Shown here piece after piece: positions 55,453 to 64,000 of a stretch of 64,000 nt of DNA. Numbering within the stretch: position 1 is the first letter of the stretch; every line of letters starts with the position of its first letter. This DNA is from a virus: positions 1-64,000 of the IMG/VR virus record IMGVR_UViG_3300043395_003072; one strand, 5' to 3'. Position numbers and translations under genes: made by a program. The notes below the pieces were generated by a model. That model saw only the letters and a program-made list of their open reading frames with translations. It had not been told where the DNA came from and ran no database searches.

Positions 55453-55684
55453 CTTCTATGTTGAAGCTAATGTAAATAACAAGCATATAGATATCTATGG
55501 GCCGTACTCGAAAGAGGCGGCTTTTGATTTTATAGTTAAAGATTTACTTTCTTGTTTAAAACAAAAACATGCATCTTCATTCTTTTTATCATCATTACTT
55601 TATTATTTAGATGAAAATCAAAATAAGATTGTATTTTTAAAAAGAAACCTATCTAGGATAAATAATGAGAAGCCACAACGATAA
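55439..55684 (+). CDS. hypothetical protein
   Basis: MSPNSFYV... overlapping the upstream stop. Confidence 0.45.
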   Translation: MSPNSFYVEANVNNKHIDIYGPYSKEAAFDFIVKDLLSCLKQKHASSFFLSSLLYYLDENQNKIVFLKRNLSRINNEKPQR

Positions 55685-56708
55685 AATATTTTCTTTAGAA
55701 GACCCTACTGCTCCTAAGCTTACGACAGATGATGTACTTCTAGTACCTACTATTGGAAAGCTACAGTCCCGATCTCAAGCAAAAGTAGACTCTACATTTA
55801 TTTATTCAAGTCCAATGGATGTAGTTACTGGGTTAGATCTATGTAAAGCTATGCTTAACGAAAGACAAGCTCCAGTACTTTGTAGGTTCCTACCAGAACC
55901 TGAACGAAGATATGCCTTGTCTTTATATCATGCTAATTCTAACTTCTGGTATTCTGTTGGTTTAAATAAAGAAGATTATGATTTCTTAGATTTTTACTTC
56001 ACTCAAAAAGGTAAGAATTCAAAAGTAAATGTATCTGTAGATATAGCCCATGGTGCAACTGAACAAGCTTATAAGCTTTATAAACTGTACTCAGAAGCCC
56101 CTTGGTGTAGAGCTATTATGTCCGGAACAGTAGCTACTCCAGAAGCTGCTGAATATGTGAGTAATTACTGCTCTCATATACGCGTTGGAATAGGTCCAGG
56201 AAGCGCTTGTTCTACAAGGATAGTCACTGGTTGCGGGTATCCTAATCTCGCTGCTGTATACGAAATTAGAGCTACATTAGGAAGTGATCATTATATTATT
56301 GCTGATGGTGGCATTAGATCTTCAGGAGATATCATTAAATACTTAGCGGCAGGTGCTGATGGCGTAATGCTTGGTAGTATGCTCTCTAGTATTGATGAGT
56401 CTCATGGATGGTTAGAACCATTTATTGGCAAACCATATAAGTATTATAGAGGTCAAGCTTCTAAGCAGTTTCAAATTGAACGTCGAGGGAAGGTTAATGG
56501 TGCGCCCGAAGGTGTTCAATCAAATAAAAAGATTTATAAATCAGGTAGCTTCTCTGATTTTAATAATCAAACAAAAGCATCAATTGCTTCGGCAATTTCG
56601 TATCTAGGTATTAACTGTATACAGGATTTAAATCCTGACAATGTTAAATTTGTTCGAATAACTACTTCTGGCTTACAAGAAAGCCACCCCCATATTTTAT
56701 TAAAATAA
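55665..56708 (+). CDS. IMP dehydrogenase / GMP reductase family (no CBS domains)
   Basis: LT.DDVLLVP, SSPMD, DIAHG, GIGPGSACSTR, IADGGIR, YRGQAS, PEGV. Confidence 0.9.
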   Translation: MRSHNDKIFSLEDPTAPKLTTDDVLLVPTIGKLQSRSQAKVDSTFIYSSPMDVVTGLDLCKAMLNERQAPVLCRFLPEPERRYALSLYHANSNFWYSVGLNKEDYDFLDFYFTQKGKNSKVNVSVDIAHGATEQAYKLYKLYSEAPWCRAIMSGTVATPEAAEYVSNYCSHIRVGIGPGSACSTRIVTGCGYPNLAAVYEIRATLGSDHYIIADGGIRSSGDIIKYLAAGADGVMLGSMLSSIDESHGWLEPFIGKPYKYYRGQASKQFQIERRGKVNGAPEGVQSNKKIYKSGSFSDFNNQTKASIASAISYLGINCIQDLNPDNVKFVRITTSGLQESHPHILLK

Positions 56709-56723
56709 AAGAAGGAGAATTAA

Positions 56724-59228
56724 TTGTACATTACTCAAGTCGATGAAGTTGTAACTCTTCTAAGAGGAAAGCTTCCTGACTATCTTAAACTTAAACTTGG
56801 TAAAGATTTTGATCCTACTAAGAAATTTAAATGCTTTGCTCATGACGATAACAGTCCCAGCATGCATCTCAATCCAAAGTCTGGTAATGAGACTGTAAAG
56901 TGTTTTGGTTGTGGTTTCCACGGCGATATCTTTACGGTTGCTAATCAGCTTGATAACTTACCTACCAATGGCCCTGAATGGCTATTTACTACGCTCCCTG
57001 AGCTGGCAAAACTATTCTCTATTGACTATCTTCCAGGCACTCTGACCGAAGAAGATAAAGAGAGAATTAATCTTTACAAAATTGCTCAAGATATCTCCGA
57101 TATCTTAGCTTCATTATCTCTTAATGATAATGAATATATTCTTGAGCGCAACTGGCTTCAAAAGCATGTTTCTGTAGGTTCTATTGATCAGACTGTTCTC
57201 ATTAATAAGTTGATGGAGCGAGGCTGGTCTTCTGAGTATATTAACTCTACAAATCTAATTAAGACTCGTTTCGTATCTTATTTTGGTGAAGACAAAGTTA
57301 CCTTTGCTATTAAAGATCATGTAAAGCGTACTGTTGGTTTTATTTGTAGAAATATTAATCATGAAGAAAAGCAGATTCCTAAATATATCAATACTCCAGA
57401 GTCTTTGATTTATAAGAAGAATCAAGCTTTATTAGGTTTAGATGTAGCTTATCAGGAAGCTAAAAAGTATGGACTTTATATCGTTGAAGGTCCAGGCGAT
57501 CTTATGCAACTTTATCGCCTTGGGGTCAAGAATGCTGTTGCTGTATGTGGCACTGCTTTTACTGAAGCTCATTTACTTCTTCTCAAGCAATTAGGAATCA
57601 GAAAGATTTTCTTGAACTTTGATTGGGATCAAGCGGGTTATGCTGCTACTCAACGAGTTCTAGAATCTATTCTCAAAACTACATCTGGTTTTTCAATCAG
57701 CGTAGTAATGGCTCCTGCTTCTGGAGACTACAAGGATGTAGATGATTTCTTGAAGGGGAAGGAGACTGCTCACGAATACTGGGATCTCCATAAGATGACT
57801 GCTTTTGAATGGCAGCTCAACTCATTCTCAGATCAAGATACTCCAGATATCATTTGCCAGAAAATGATTCCTATTGTCGCTGCTGAAGAAGCTACTGTAA
57901 AGCGTGAGCTTTATATTAAAGAGCTTTCTCAGTTCACCACAGTATCTGCTGGCTCTATTGCTGCAGATGTAAATGCTATTCGTAATAATAAGTTCTCTGA
58001 GCGTTTAGAGAAAACTAAAGCTGCTGCAGAATCTTATCTACGAGCTGTTACTGAAGATCCAGACTCTATTCGTTCTCATATTGCTAATCACGAACAACAA
58101 GTTGAGCTTATCGAGAAAGAATTCAAACAAGACTCTATCGGTATTAATTACCAGATTAGTCGCTTCGAAGCTATTCAGCAGCTTAGAGAAGAGAGTCAAG
58201 ATGATGACTCCGCTACTTCTTTTAAGATGAATTACTTCAAGCAGTTTGCTTTGAATATGAATGGCGGTATGCCCTGGACTACTGGCACTCTTATGTATGT
58301 CGGTGGTCGTGCTAACTCTGGTAAGACTGCAACTTGCTTGATGATTGCAACTGATGTCGCTTTGAGTGATGAGAACGCTGTAGTTCTAATTCACTCTACT
58401 GACGATTCTTATGAGCAAATCGAGCCTCGTATCAAAACTAATATCTATCGTATGACTTGTCCCGAAGGTCCTACGCTTACTATTGGTATGGTAGTTCAGC
58501 CTAAGCTTAATATGCGTGGTAAGGGTGATGAGCATTGGCAAGCTTTTAAACGAGCCAATGATACATTCAGAGAGCTCATTGAGAAAGAACGTCTTGTTAT
58601 TATCGACAGCGAAGACGGTCCTACATTATCTACTCTTGAGCAAAACTTAAGGTATTATAGGAATCGCTATCCAAATAGAAAGATTTTAATGGTGTGTGAT
58701 AACACCCACAACTATATTGAATTCATGAATTTGGAACAATCAGCTCGTATGACTGCTATCTCTAACCAGCAAAAGAATCTTACTGTTAAGTATCATGCTT
58801 GTATGATTGCTACTGCAGAGTATCGCAAGAACATGCCTATGGATCATAGCAAGATTAAGCTTCCGGTTGACGATGACCTTGCAGATGCCCGTGCGCTCAT
58901 GTATCGTCCCAACGTTATCTGGCATGTATATAACGATATCCATGATCGTAAAGAGCATGCAGAGATCTTCTGGCGAGATGAAGAAGGTAATATGCGCCCC
59001 CGCTTACTACTACACTTCACTAAGAACAAGATCTCAGGTTTCAAAGACAAGCTTATTCTTGACCTTGATCCTGCAACTGTAAGCCTTACTCCTGTAGATC
59101 CAAAGCAAGCTCTTCGCGATGCAGAGAGCTTCAAAGAGTTGAAAGAGTCAGGTTACGTACATACAGATGGCAAGCAAGTTAAATATATCGAAGCAGACGA
59201 ATATGACGAAGGAGAGTTAGATGGCTAA
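56724..59228 (+). CDS. primase-helicase fusion (CHC2 Zn finger, TOPRIM, DnaB-like)
   Basis: CFAHDD.SPS..CFGC, KYINTPES, VEGPGD, FDWD, GRANSGKT, KNK. Confidence 0.9.
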   Translation: MYITQVDEVVTLLRGKLPDYLKLKLGKDFDPTKKFKCFAHDDNSPSMHLNPKSGNETVKCFGCGFHGDIFTVANQLDNLPTNGPEWLFTTLPELAKLFSIDYLPGTLTEEDKERINLYKIAQDISDILASLSLNDNEYILERNWLQKHVSVGSIDQTVLINKLMERGWSSEYINSTNLIKTRFVSYFGEDKVTFAIKDHVKRTVGFICRNINHEEKQIPKYINTPESLIYKKNQALLGLDVAYQEAKKYGLYIVEGPGDLMQLYRLGVKNAVAVCGTAFTEAHLLLLKQLGIRKIFLNFDWDQAGYAATQRVLESILKTTSGFSISVVMAPASGDYKDVDDFLKGKETAHEYWDLHKMTAFEWQLNSFSDQDTPDIICQKMIPIVAAEEATVKRELYIKELSQFTTVSAGSIAADVNAIRNNKFSERLEKTKAAAESYLRAVTEDPDSIRSHIANHEQQVELIEKEFKQDSIGINYQISRFEAIQQLREESQDDDSATSFKMNYFKQFALNMNGGMPWTTGTLMYVGGRANSGKTATCLMIATDVALSDENAVVLIHSTDDSYEQIEPRIKTNIYRMTCPEGPTLTIGMVVQPKLNMRGKGDEHWQAFKRANDTFRELIEKERLVIIDSEDGPTLSTLEQNLRYYRNRYPNRKILMVCDNTHNYIEFMNLEQSARMTAISNQQKNLTVKYHACMIATAEYRKNMPMDHSKIKLPVDDDLADARALMYRPNVIWHVYNDIHDRKEHAEIFWRDEEGNMRPRLLLHFTKNKISGFKDKLILDLDPATVSLTPVDPKQALRDAESFKELKESGYVHTDGKQVKYIEADEYDEGELDG

Positions 59229-59508
59229 AGATACAGATATTGGAATTTATTTATTCTCAGACAAAACATTTTACTATCTAGAAGCTGGTGATAATTTTAT
59301 CGGCAATACTCTAGATAGAGTTCGCAAAACTTTGATTCAACGAGGCAAGATTGTTGGTCTTGTCGAGACTCCTCATAAGCAATCATATGAGATGATTACT
59401 GTTAAGGAGGCTCGAGCTAGAGACCTTAAAATGCAACCTGTTTATATATCTAAACATGTTCAGCAACTTGCACCAACAGAGCCTGCCAAGCAGAAAGGAT
59501 TTAAGTAA
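59221..59508 (+). CDS. hypothetical protein
   Basis: GGAG RBS. Confidence 0.55.
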   Translation: MAKDTDIGIYLFSDKTFYYLEAGDNFIGNTLDRVRKTLIQRGKIVGLVETPHKQSYEMITVKEARARDLKMQPVYISKHVQQLAPTEPAKQKGFK

Positions 59509-59813
59509 TGCCTTACTCCTCTCCAGTTTGGTTTGCTAGTGTAGGGTTTCTCATTTGTTTTGCAATCGTAGGTTATATTTGGCCCGAGCCGCCGAAATAC
59601 GAAGTCTTTTGTAAGGCTACTATTGAAGAGTTAGCTAAAACTAAGAACTCTTTATCATTACAATCTACTAGATGTTTAACTGAAAAAGCTAAGCTTGTAG
59701 AGGATTGTAAGGTTGATATGGATAAGTTTTGCGCTAGCAAAATAGAAGCTGTTTCTAAATTATGCGATGAAATTAACTGCACACTTTTGGAGGTCATATG
59801 CTCAGAGCAATGA
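59508..59813 (+). CDS. membrane-anchored Cys-rich protein
   Basis: N-terminal TM helix; Cys-spaced helix. Confidence 0.5.
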   Translation: MPYSSPVWFASVGFLICFAIVGYIWPEPPKYEVFCKATIEELAKTKNSLSLQSTRCLTEKAKLVEDCKVDMDKFCASKIEAVSKLCDEINCTLLEVICSEQ

Positions 59814-60277
59814 TTATTTCTTTATGTTTTTTCTCTTCTACTGCTTTTGCACAACCTAATAGCAAGAGCTTTGCTTTGAATCTCGGAACTTATTCTGCTG
59901 ATTTAACTTTTGTTAAGAAGGGCGTTCGTTCACCTTACGATGCTGTACTTTTTAACACTGGTAAACTATCAGAACTAAAAGTTCACTTTGATACTATTGA
60001 GCAATCTTGTCAGATACAAAAGAATCTAATTACAGACTCTTGCGTTGCTGAGACCGAGGCTTTAAAGCTTGAAATCTTTTCACTTCAAGATGAAATCGAT
60101 AAACTTAATAGTACTTATAAAGAAGATGTTTCTCATAGAGACAAGCTATTAGCTTCTTTAGAATCGCAACTAGATCTAGAGAAGAAGAATGCTTCTTTTG
60201 AAAAGACAGTTATTTATATTATAGGTGGTACTACTACTATAGCTTCGGCTGTAATTACTTATCTGCTAGTAAAATGA
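59798..60277 (+). CDS. exported coiled-coil protein with C-terminal TM helix (spanin-like candidate)
   Basis: Signal peptide ending AFA; heptads; C-terminal hydrophobic helix. Confidence 0.45.
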   Translation: MLRAMIISLCFFSSTAFAQPNSKSFALNLGTYSADLTFVKKGVRSPYDAVLFNTGKLSELKVHFDTIEQSCQIQKNLITDSCVAETEALKLEIFSLQDEIDKLNSTYKEDVSHRDKLLASLESQLDLEKKNASFEKTVIYIIGGTTTIASAVITYLLVK

Positions 60278-61017
60278 CACATATATTAGAAAGCCAAATT
60301 GTTACCGCAAGCTATTGTTCTGAACTCTATAAGCTTAAAGGTGACTATACTGAGCTCTCTTATATTCAAAAAACAATAGCTACTTCTATTAAATATATAT
60401 ATGAAAGTACTAATAATCTTGAGAACTTTAGCAAGCTAGACAAGATTGTTGGTGCCTCAATATTTAAAGCTTTAACTGAAGATTCTGTTAAGTTTAATAG
60501 CTTTACAGATTATGAACGCAGAACCTTTACGGCTTATTGCTCTAATATGATTTATCAGTTCTTTAAAGTATACCCACCTTCTGAATGGATTCTTGTTTTA
60601 AGAGAACCTATTTATCATGAATATTACAATAAGACTGCATTTGTTTTTTGTACAGATATTATTCTTAGAAAAAGAAATGATAGCCGTTTGTTTTTTCATG
60701 CAGTGGATTTTATAAAGGATGTATCTTTAACTCCGCTAACTGATCTTTATAAGCATAAACGTAACCTTGTAAGCAAAGTACTATGGCGAGCCTTTAATAA
60801 ATTTAAGCTAAGTTATTTCGTATTTTCTTTTAGAGATTTTAATTATACAAATAATATGAATTTACCTCCTATAGAGAGTAAAGAGATTATTGTTGATAAA
60901 GAAATTAAGCTTGGTGCACATTATCAACATCTACTAAATGCTGATAATATTCCCAAGAGATTAATTTGTCTTGATAGAAAATGCCCTAAAAGAAAGGAAT
61001 GCATGAAAGATGAATAA
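60274..61017 (+). CDS. hypothetical protein, possibly degenerate PD-(D/E)XK fold
   Basis: C-terminal C...CP.RKEC. Confidence 0.45.
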   Translation: MTHILESQIVTASYCSELYKLKGDYTELSYIQKTIATSIKYIYESTNNLENFSKLDKIVGASIFKALTEDSVKFNSFTDYERRTFTAYCSNMIYQFFKVYPPSEWILVLREPIYHEYYNKTAFVFCTDIILRKRNDSRLFFHAVDFIKDVSLTPLTDLYKHKRNLVSKVLWRAFNKFKLSYFVFSFRDFNYTNNMNLPPIESKEIIVDKEIKLGAHYQHLLNADNIPKRLICLDRKCPKRKECMKDE

Positions 61018-61306
61018 CTACGGTGATTTTATACTTGCTTCTAGAACACGTTTAACGCTCCCTAGCCACATCTTTGGCGGTGGTCCATGGACACATATGG
61101 CTACCGTTAAAAGATCTCTTAGAGAGTACGTTTGCTTGCTTCATGAGCCTACTCAAAAGATTTACATCGAAGAGATTAGTGCTACTGGACAAATGCACCA
61201 TATAGAAGATGATGCCTTGTGGAGTGATCTTCTAAACTTTCTATTCAGTAAAGGGATCGTTGGTTTTGTAAAAGACCAAGAGGTTGTTGTTGGCAAACTC
61301 AACTAA
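61010..61306 (+). CDS. hypothetical protein
   Basis: KIYIEEI...IEDDALW. Confidence 0.55.
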   Translation: MNNYGDFILASRTRLTLPSHIFGGGPWTHMATVKRSLREYVCLLHEPTQKIYIEEISATGQMHHIEDDALWSDLLNFLFSKGIVGFVKDQEVVVGKLN

Positions 61307-61718
61307 ACTAAAGAATCAATTCTTCCATTATGAGAATGCTTCTAAGTTTCATAATGATGTAAGAGCTGTTTTTATAAATGATGATTTCTTTAAGAAACTT
61401 CAATGCTTTCAAGAAGTATTAGTCTCTGAATTAGTAGAAGGTTACTCAAATAATTATGATGCTGTAGATTGGTATATTCGTGAGCTTAATTGCATTATCG
61501 AATTACATGGTAAACAGCATTATGAGCAGGTTAAATTTTCAAATAATAATTCTTTCTTTGAAAATAAGAAGGAGTTTCACAATATCCAATATAGAGATAA
61601 TCGTAAGAAAACTGCGCTTATTGATGCTGGATATTTATATTTGGAAATCTCATATAAAGATGCTAAGAAAATAAATGCAGAATTTCTAAAAGAAAAACTA
61701 TTCTCAATTGGAGACTAA
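61284..61718 (+). CDS. Vsr/DUF559-like endonuclease
   Basis: DWYI..LNCIIELHGKQHY...RDNRKK...LEISY. Confidence 0.75.
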   Translation: MLLANSTKLKNQFFHYENASKFHNDVRAVFINDDFFKKLQCFQEVLVSELVEGYSNNYDAVDWYIRELNCIIELHGKQHYEQVKFSNNNSFFENKKEFHNIQYRDNRKKTALIDAGYLYLEISYKDAKKINAEFLKEKLFSIGD

Positions 61719-62355
61719 AATGAAAAACCTAAAAGATCTTATTGTTCAAGAAATGTTATCTCAACCAGATATCGACTCTTGGCATATTCATGAGACGAAG
61801 TATTTTGGACCTACTACAAGGTCTCTCTTCTTTACTACCGAAGTTACTTCTGAGACAGCTGCTATATTGATTAGTCAGCTTTTACATCTAGAAGAACTTG
61901 ATCCTGAAGAACAGATTACTCTCTATCTGAATACTGAAGGCGGTTCCTTAACTGATGGCTTAGCTATCTATGATTGCATTACCAATATTGCTTGTCCTGT
62001 AGTTATTATTGCTACAGGCCTATGTGCTTCTGCAGGATTGTTAATCTTGAGTGCTGGTGATTATCGCGCTGCCACGCCTAACACTACATTCTTCTATCAC
62101 CAACCCATTCTTGGTGATTCTCATATTAACTCTACTGCTGATATGGAATCTCTTAATAGCCATTACGCTTACTGCAAAGATAAAGCAGATGGCATTATTA
62201 AGAAGCGCACTAAGATGAAAAAGCTTGTATGGGATAAACATTTCAAAGACAAGACAAGCTTCTATTTTACTCCAGAAGAAGCTATCGAGTTTAAATTCAT
62301 TGATAAAGTTATGCCTTCAAGAAAAGCAAAATTCACAGTTGAGGAAACTAAATGA
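61708..62355 (+). CDS. clpP: ClpP-like serine protease
   Basis: QLLHLE, LYLNTEGGS..GLAIYD, GLCASAG (Ser), HQP, YFTPEEA...FIDKV. Confidence 0.9.
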   Translation: METKMKNLKDLIVQEMLSQPDIDSWHIHETKYFGPTTRSLFFTTEVTSETAAILISQLLHLEELDPEEQITLYLNTEGGSLTDGLAIYDCITNIACPVVIIATGLCASAGLLILSAGDYRAATPNTTFFYHQPILGDSHINSTADMESLNSHYAYCKDKADGIIKKRTKMKKLVWDKHFKDKTSFYFTPEEAIEFKFIDKVMPSRKAKFTVEETK

Positions 62356-62699
62356 CTAGTAGAGGAAGAGGCGCTAGAATTAAAGGCGCTACATTTGAAC
62401 GCCAGTTAGCTAAATACTTCACTGAAAATACTCCACTAGAAGCTAAGCGTGGCCTTGGTCAAACTAGGCTTGGTGGCGCAGAAGTCTCTGATGTAGATAT
62501 GCCTATTATTCATGTAGAAGCTAAACGCCATGCTAGATGTAACATCAAAGCTGCGCTTAGACAAGCTATTGAAGATGCAGCCGTTAATGGCAAGATCCCT
62601 GTAGCTATTACAAAAGATGATCGTGAAGAGATTCTTTGTACTATGCTACTAGATGATTGGGTTAAACTATTTAATGGGTATTTGAAAACCCTGGATTAA
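62352..62699 (+). CDS. Holliday junction resolvase (Hjc-like)
   Basis: KGATFER, SDV, HVEAKR, ALRQA. Confidence 0.8.
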   Translation: MTSRGRGARIKGATFERQLAKYFTENTPLEAKRGLGQTRLGGAEVSDVDMPIIHVEAKRHARCNIKAALRQAIEDAAVNGKIPVAITKDDREEILCTMLLDDWVKLFNGYLKTLD

Positions 62700-62701
62700 T
62701 T

Positions 62702-63403
62702 ATGGAAGTTCAAGCTTTAGAATTTAAGGGAGATTATAAAAGGTTTGAGAAAGCCTATGTGCGATATAGGCAAACTAAAAAACCTGAGTATATGGAATAT
62801 ATCTATAAGAATATCAAAGATAACTTTATTAAATTTGAAGAACTAATTCTTTCTAGGAATTATAAATCAGATATAACAATTTATACTTTGATGTGTTTGC
62901 TAGAGAAAGATTCCAAGACTCCAGTAAGTTTAAAGCGTTTACTTTATATCTTTGAGGAATGGATGCAGTCTATGCATCTTACCTGGTTTGATATTTTTAC
63001 TGAAGCTTTCTTGTTACATATGAACAAGTTCTTCAGGATATCTAAATGGTATAAAAGCCCAAGGCATCTTGCCTATTTTATATCTCTTGATATGAAAATG
63101 TTTGTCTTCGCTAAAATAAGAAATATCTACTTTTTAAAAAGAAGAGATATCTCTTTAACAAATTCTAAGCGAAAAGAATATTTTCTTGAACAAGAAAAAG
63201 TATTTGATCCAATTCATTTTGATTCATATTCTTTTATAAAAGAACTTGAACAAAATAAAAAAATGCTTAGTATCTTTATGAAACAAATCTTTAATAAAAC
63301 TTTAAACAAACAGGATAAAGAATATTTATGTCACTCAATAAGTCAGAAGCTATTAGACAACTTGGAAACAACTCAAATGTTACCAACCAGCAATCCCTTG
63401 TAA
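62702..63403 (+). CDS. hypothetical protein
   Basis: ORF track. Confidence 0.5.
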   Translation: MEVQALEFKGDYKRFEKAYVRYRQTKKPEYMEYIYKNIKDNFIKFEELILSRNYKSDITIYTLMCLLEKDSKTPVSLKRLLYIFEEWMQSMHLTWFDIFTEAFLLHMNKFFRISKWYKSPRHLAYFISLDMKMFVFAKIRNIYFLKRRDISLTNSKRKEYFLEQEKVFDPIHFDSYSFIKELEQNKKMLSIFMKQIFNKTLNKQDKEYLCHSISQKLLDNLETTQMLPTSNPL

Positions 63404-63825
63404 AGAAGCTTGCTGGTCCTCAGATTAATAAGCAAATCAAGCATATTATTCCCGGAGGAGCTACCTTAACAGAGGATATCTCTAAAGAGAATCTACCTGC
63501 AGCTATTGAGACATGGCTAAAGAGAGTACGCCACTTTAAAGATGTTATTATCTCCTTTGTAGATAACTATGCTACTAAAGAGTATCAAACATCTACAGTA
63601 GTGGACTTTAATGCATCGACTAAGCTTCCTCAATGGGAACTAGAGTCGAAGAAGTGGCTAGCTGAAAGAATCGCAGAGGTACTTGTAATGGATCATGTTT
63701 TTGCTGTAAAAGTTGATAAGACAGGAATTCATGTGATTCTAGATAAGACTCAGAAGTTCTCACCTGAGTCTGAATCTTGGGAGCCACATCTAATCTTTAC
63801 ACCTCATAAGCCTACAGGATTTTAA
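63328..63825 (+). CDS. hypothetical protein
   Basis: ORF track. Confidence 0.55.
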   Translation: MSLNKSEAIRQLGNNSNVTNQQSLVKKLAGPQINKQIKHIIPGGATLTEDISKENLPAAIETWLKRVRHFKDVIISFVDNYATKEYQTSTVVDFNASTKLPQWELESKKWLAERIAEVLVMDHVFAVKVDKTGIHVILDKTQKFSPESESWEPHLIFTPHKPTGF

Positions 63826-63827
63826 TC

Positions 63828-64000
63828 ATGGGTCTATTTGAAGAACGCCAAGCTTCTGCTAAGAAAGTAGTCGCTTTACAAAACGAAATCATCTCTCTTA
63901 AGACACAGCTACAAGCAGTACCTGATTGTTCTGCTTGTCAGAAAGAGCTTGCTGCTCTCAAAGCTCAAGTAGAGTCGCTCAAAGCTCAAGTAGCTAAGCT
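63828..64000 (+). CDS. coiled-coil protein, truncated by the window end
   Basis: MGLFEERQAS...LKAQVESLKAQV. Confidence 0.5.
   Translation, partial: MGLFEERQASAKKVVALQNEIISLKTQLQAVPDCSACQKELAALKAQVESLKAQVAK

Noticed and set aside
1-64000. Stop-codon reassignment (alternative genetic code)
   Set aside because: Known genes are full length in the standard code, packing is dense and there is no suppressor tRNA; the dnaE breaks are not single in-frame stops.

Overview
A 64 kb segment of a large, AT-rich, tailed dsDNA bacteriophage genome with dense, almost all + strand genes. Layout: (1) 1-3.9 kb, a noticeably more GC-rich block of small unknown ORFs with repeated regulatory elements, ending in hairpins and a 7-mer tandem repeat; (2) purA-purB, a tRNA cluster (6 normal tRNAs, 1 aberrant) with TrmH, AlkB, a lytic transglycosylase, ThyX, SSB and an amidase endolysin; (3) 19.5-25.9 kb, the most striking locus: an apparently complete phage-encoded ubiquitin-like conjugation system (Pol-beta-type nucleotidyltransferase, large coiled-coil protein ending in an E2-like domain, JAB/JAMM peptidase, ThiF/E1, Hc1-like protein, a mono-Ubl and a head-to-tail tri-Ubl precursor, every unit ending VKG-N); (4) PhoH, a plant Whirly-like protein, SpoVG, NrdAB, MazG, dCMP deaminase and RecA; (5) a DnaE polymerase in three ORFs, broken once at an intein-free duplicated site and once by a naturally split intein whose halves lie 11.5 kb apart around a tail-fibre gene block; (6) phosphoesterase, Cas4-like nuclease, IMPDH/GMPR, primase-helicase, ClpP and a resolvase. 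All calls come from motif recognition by eye; no database searches were run and the host is unknown.
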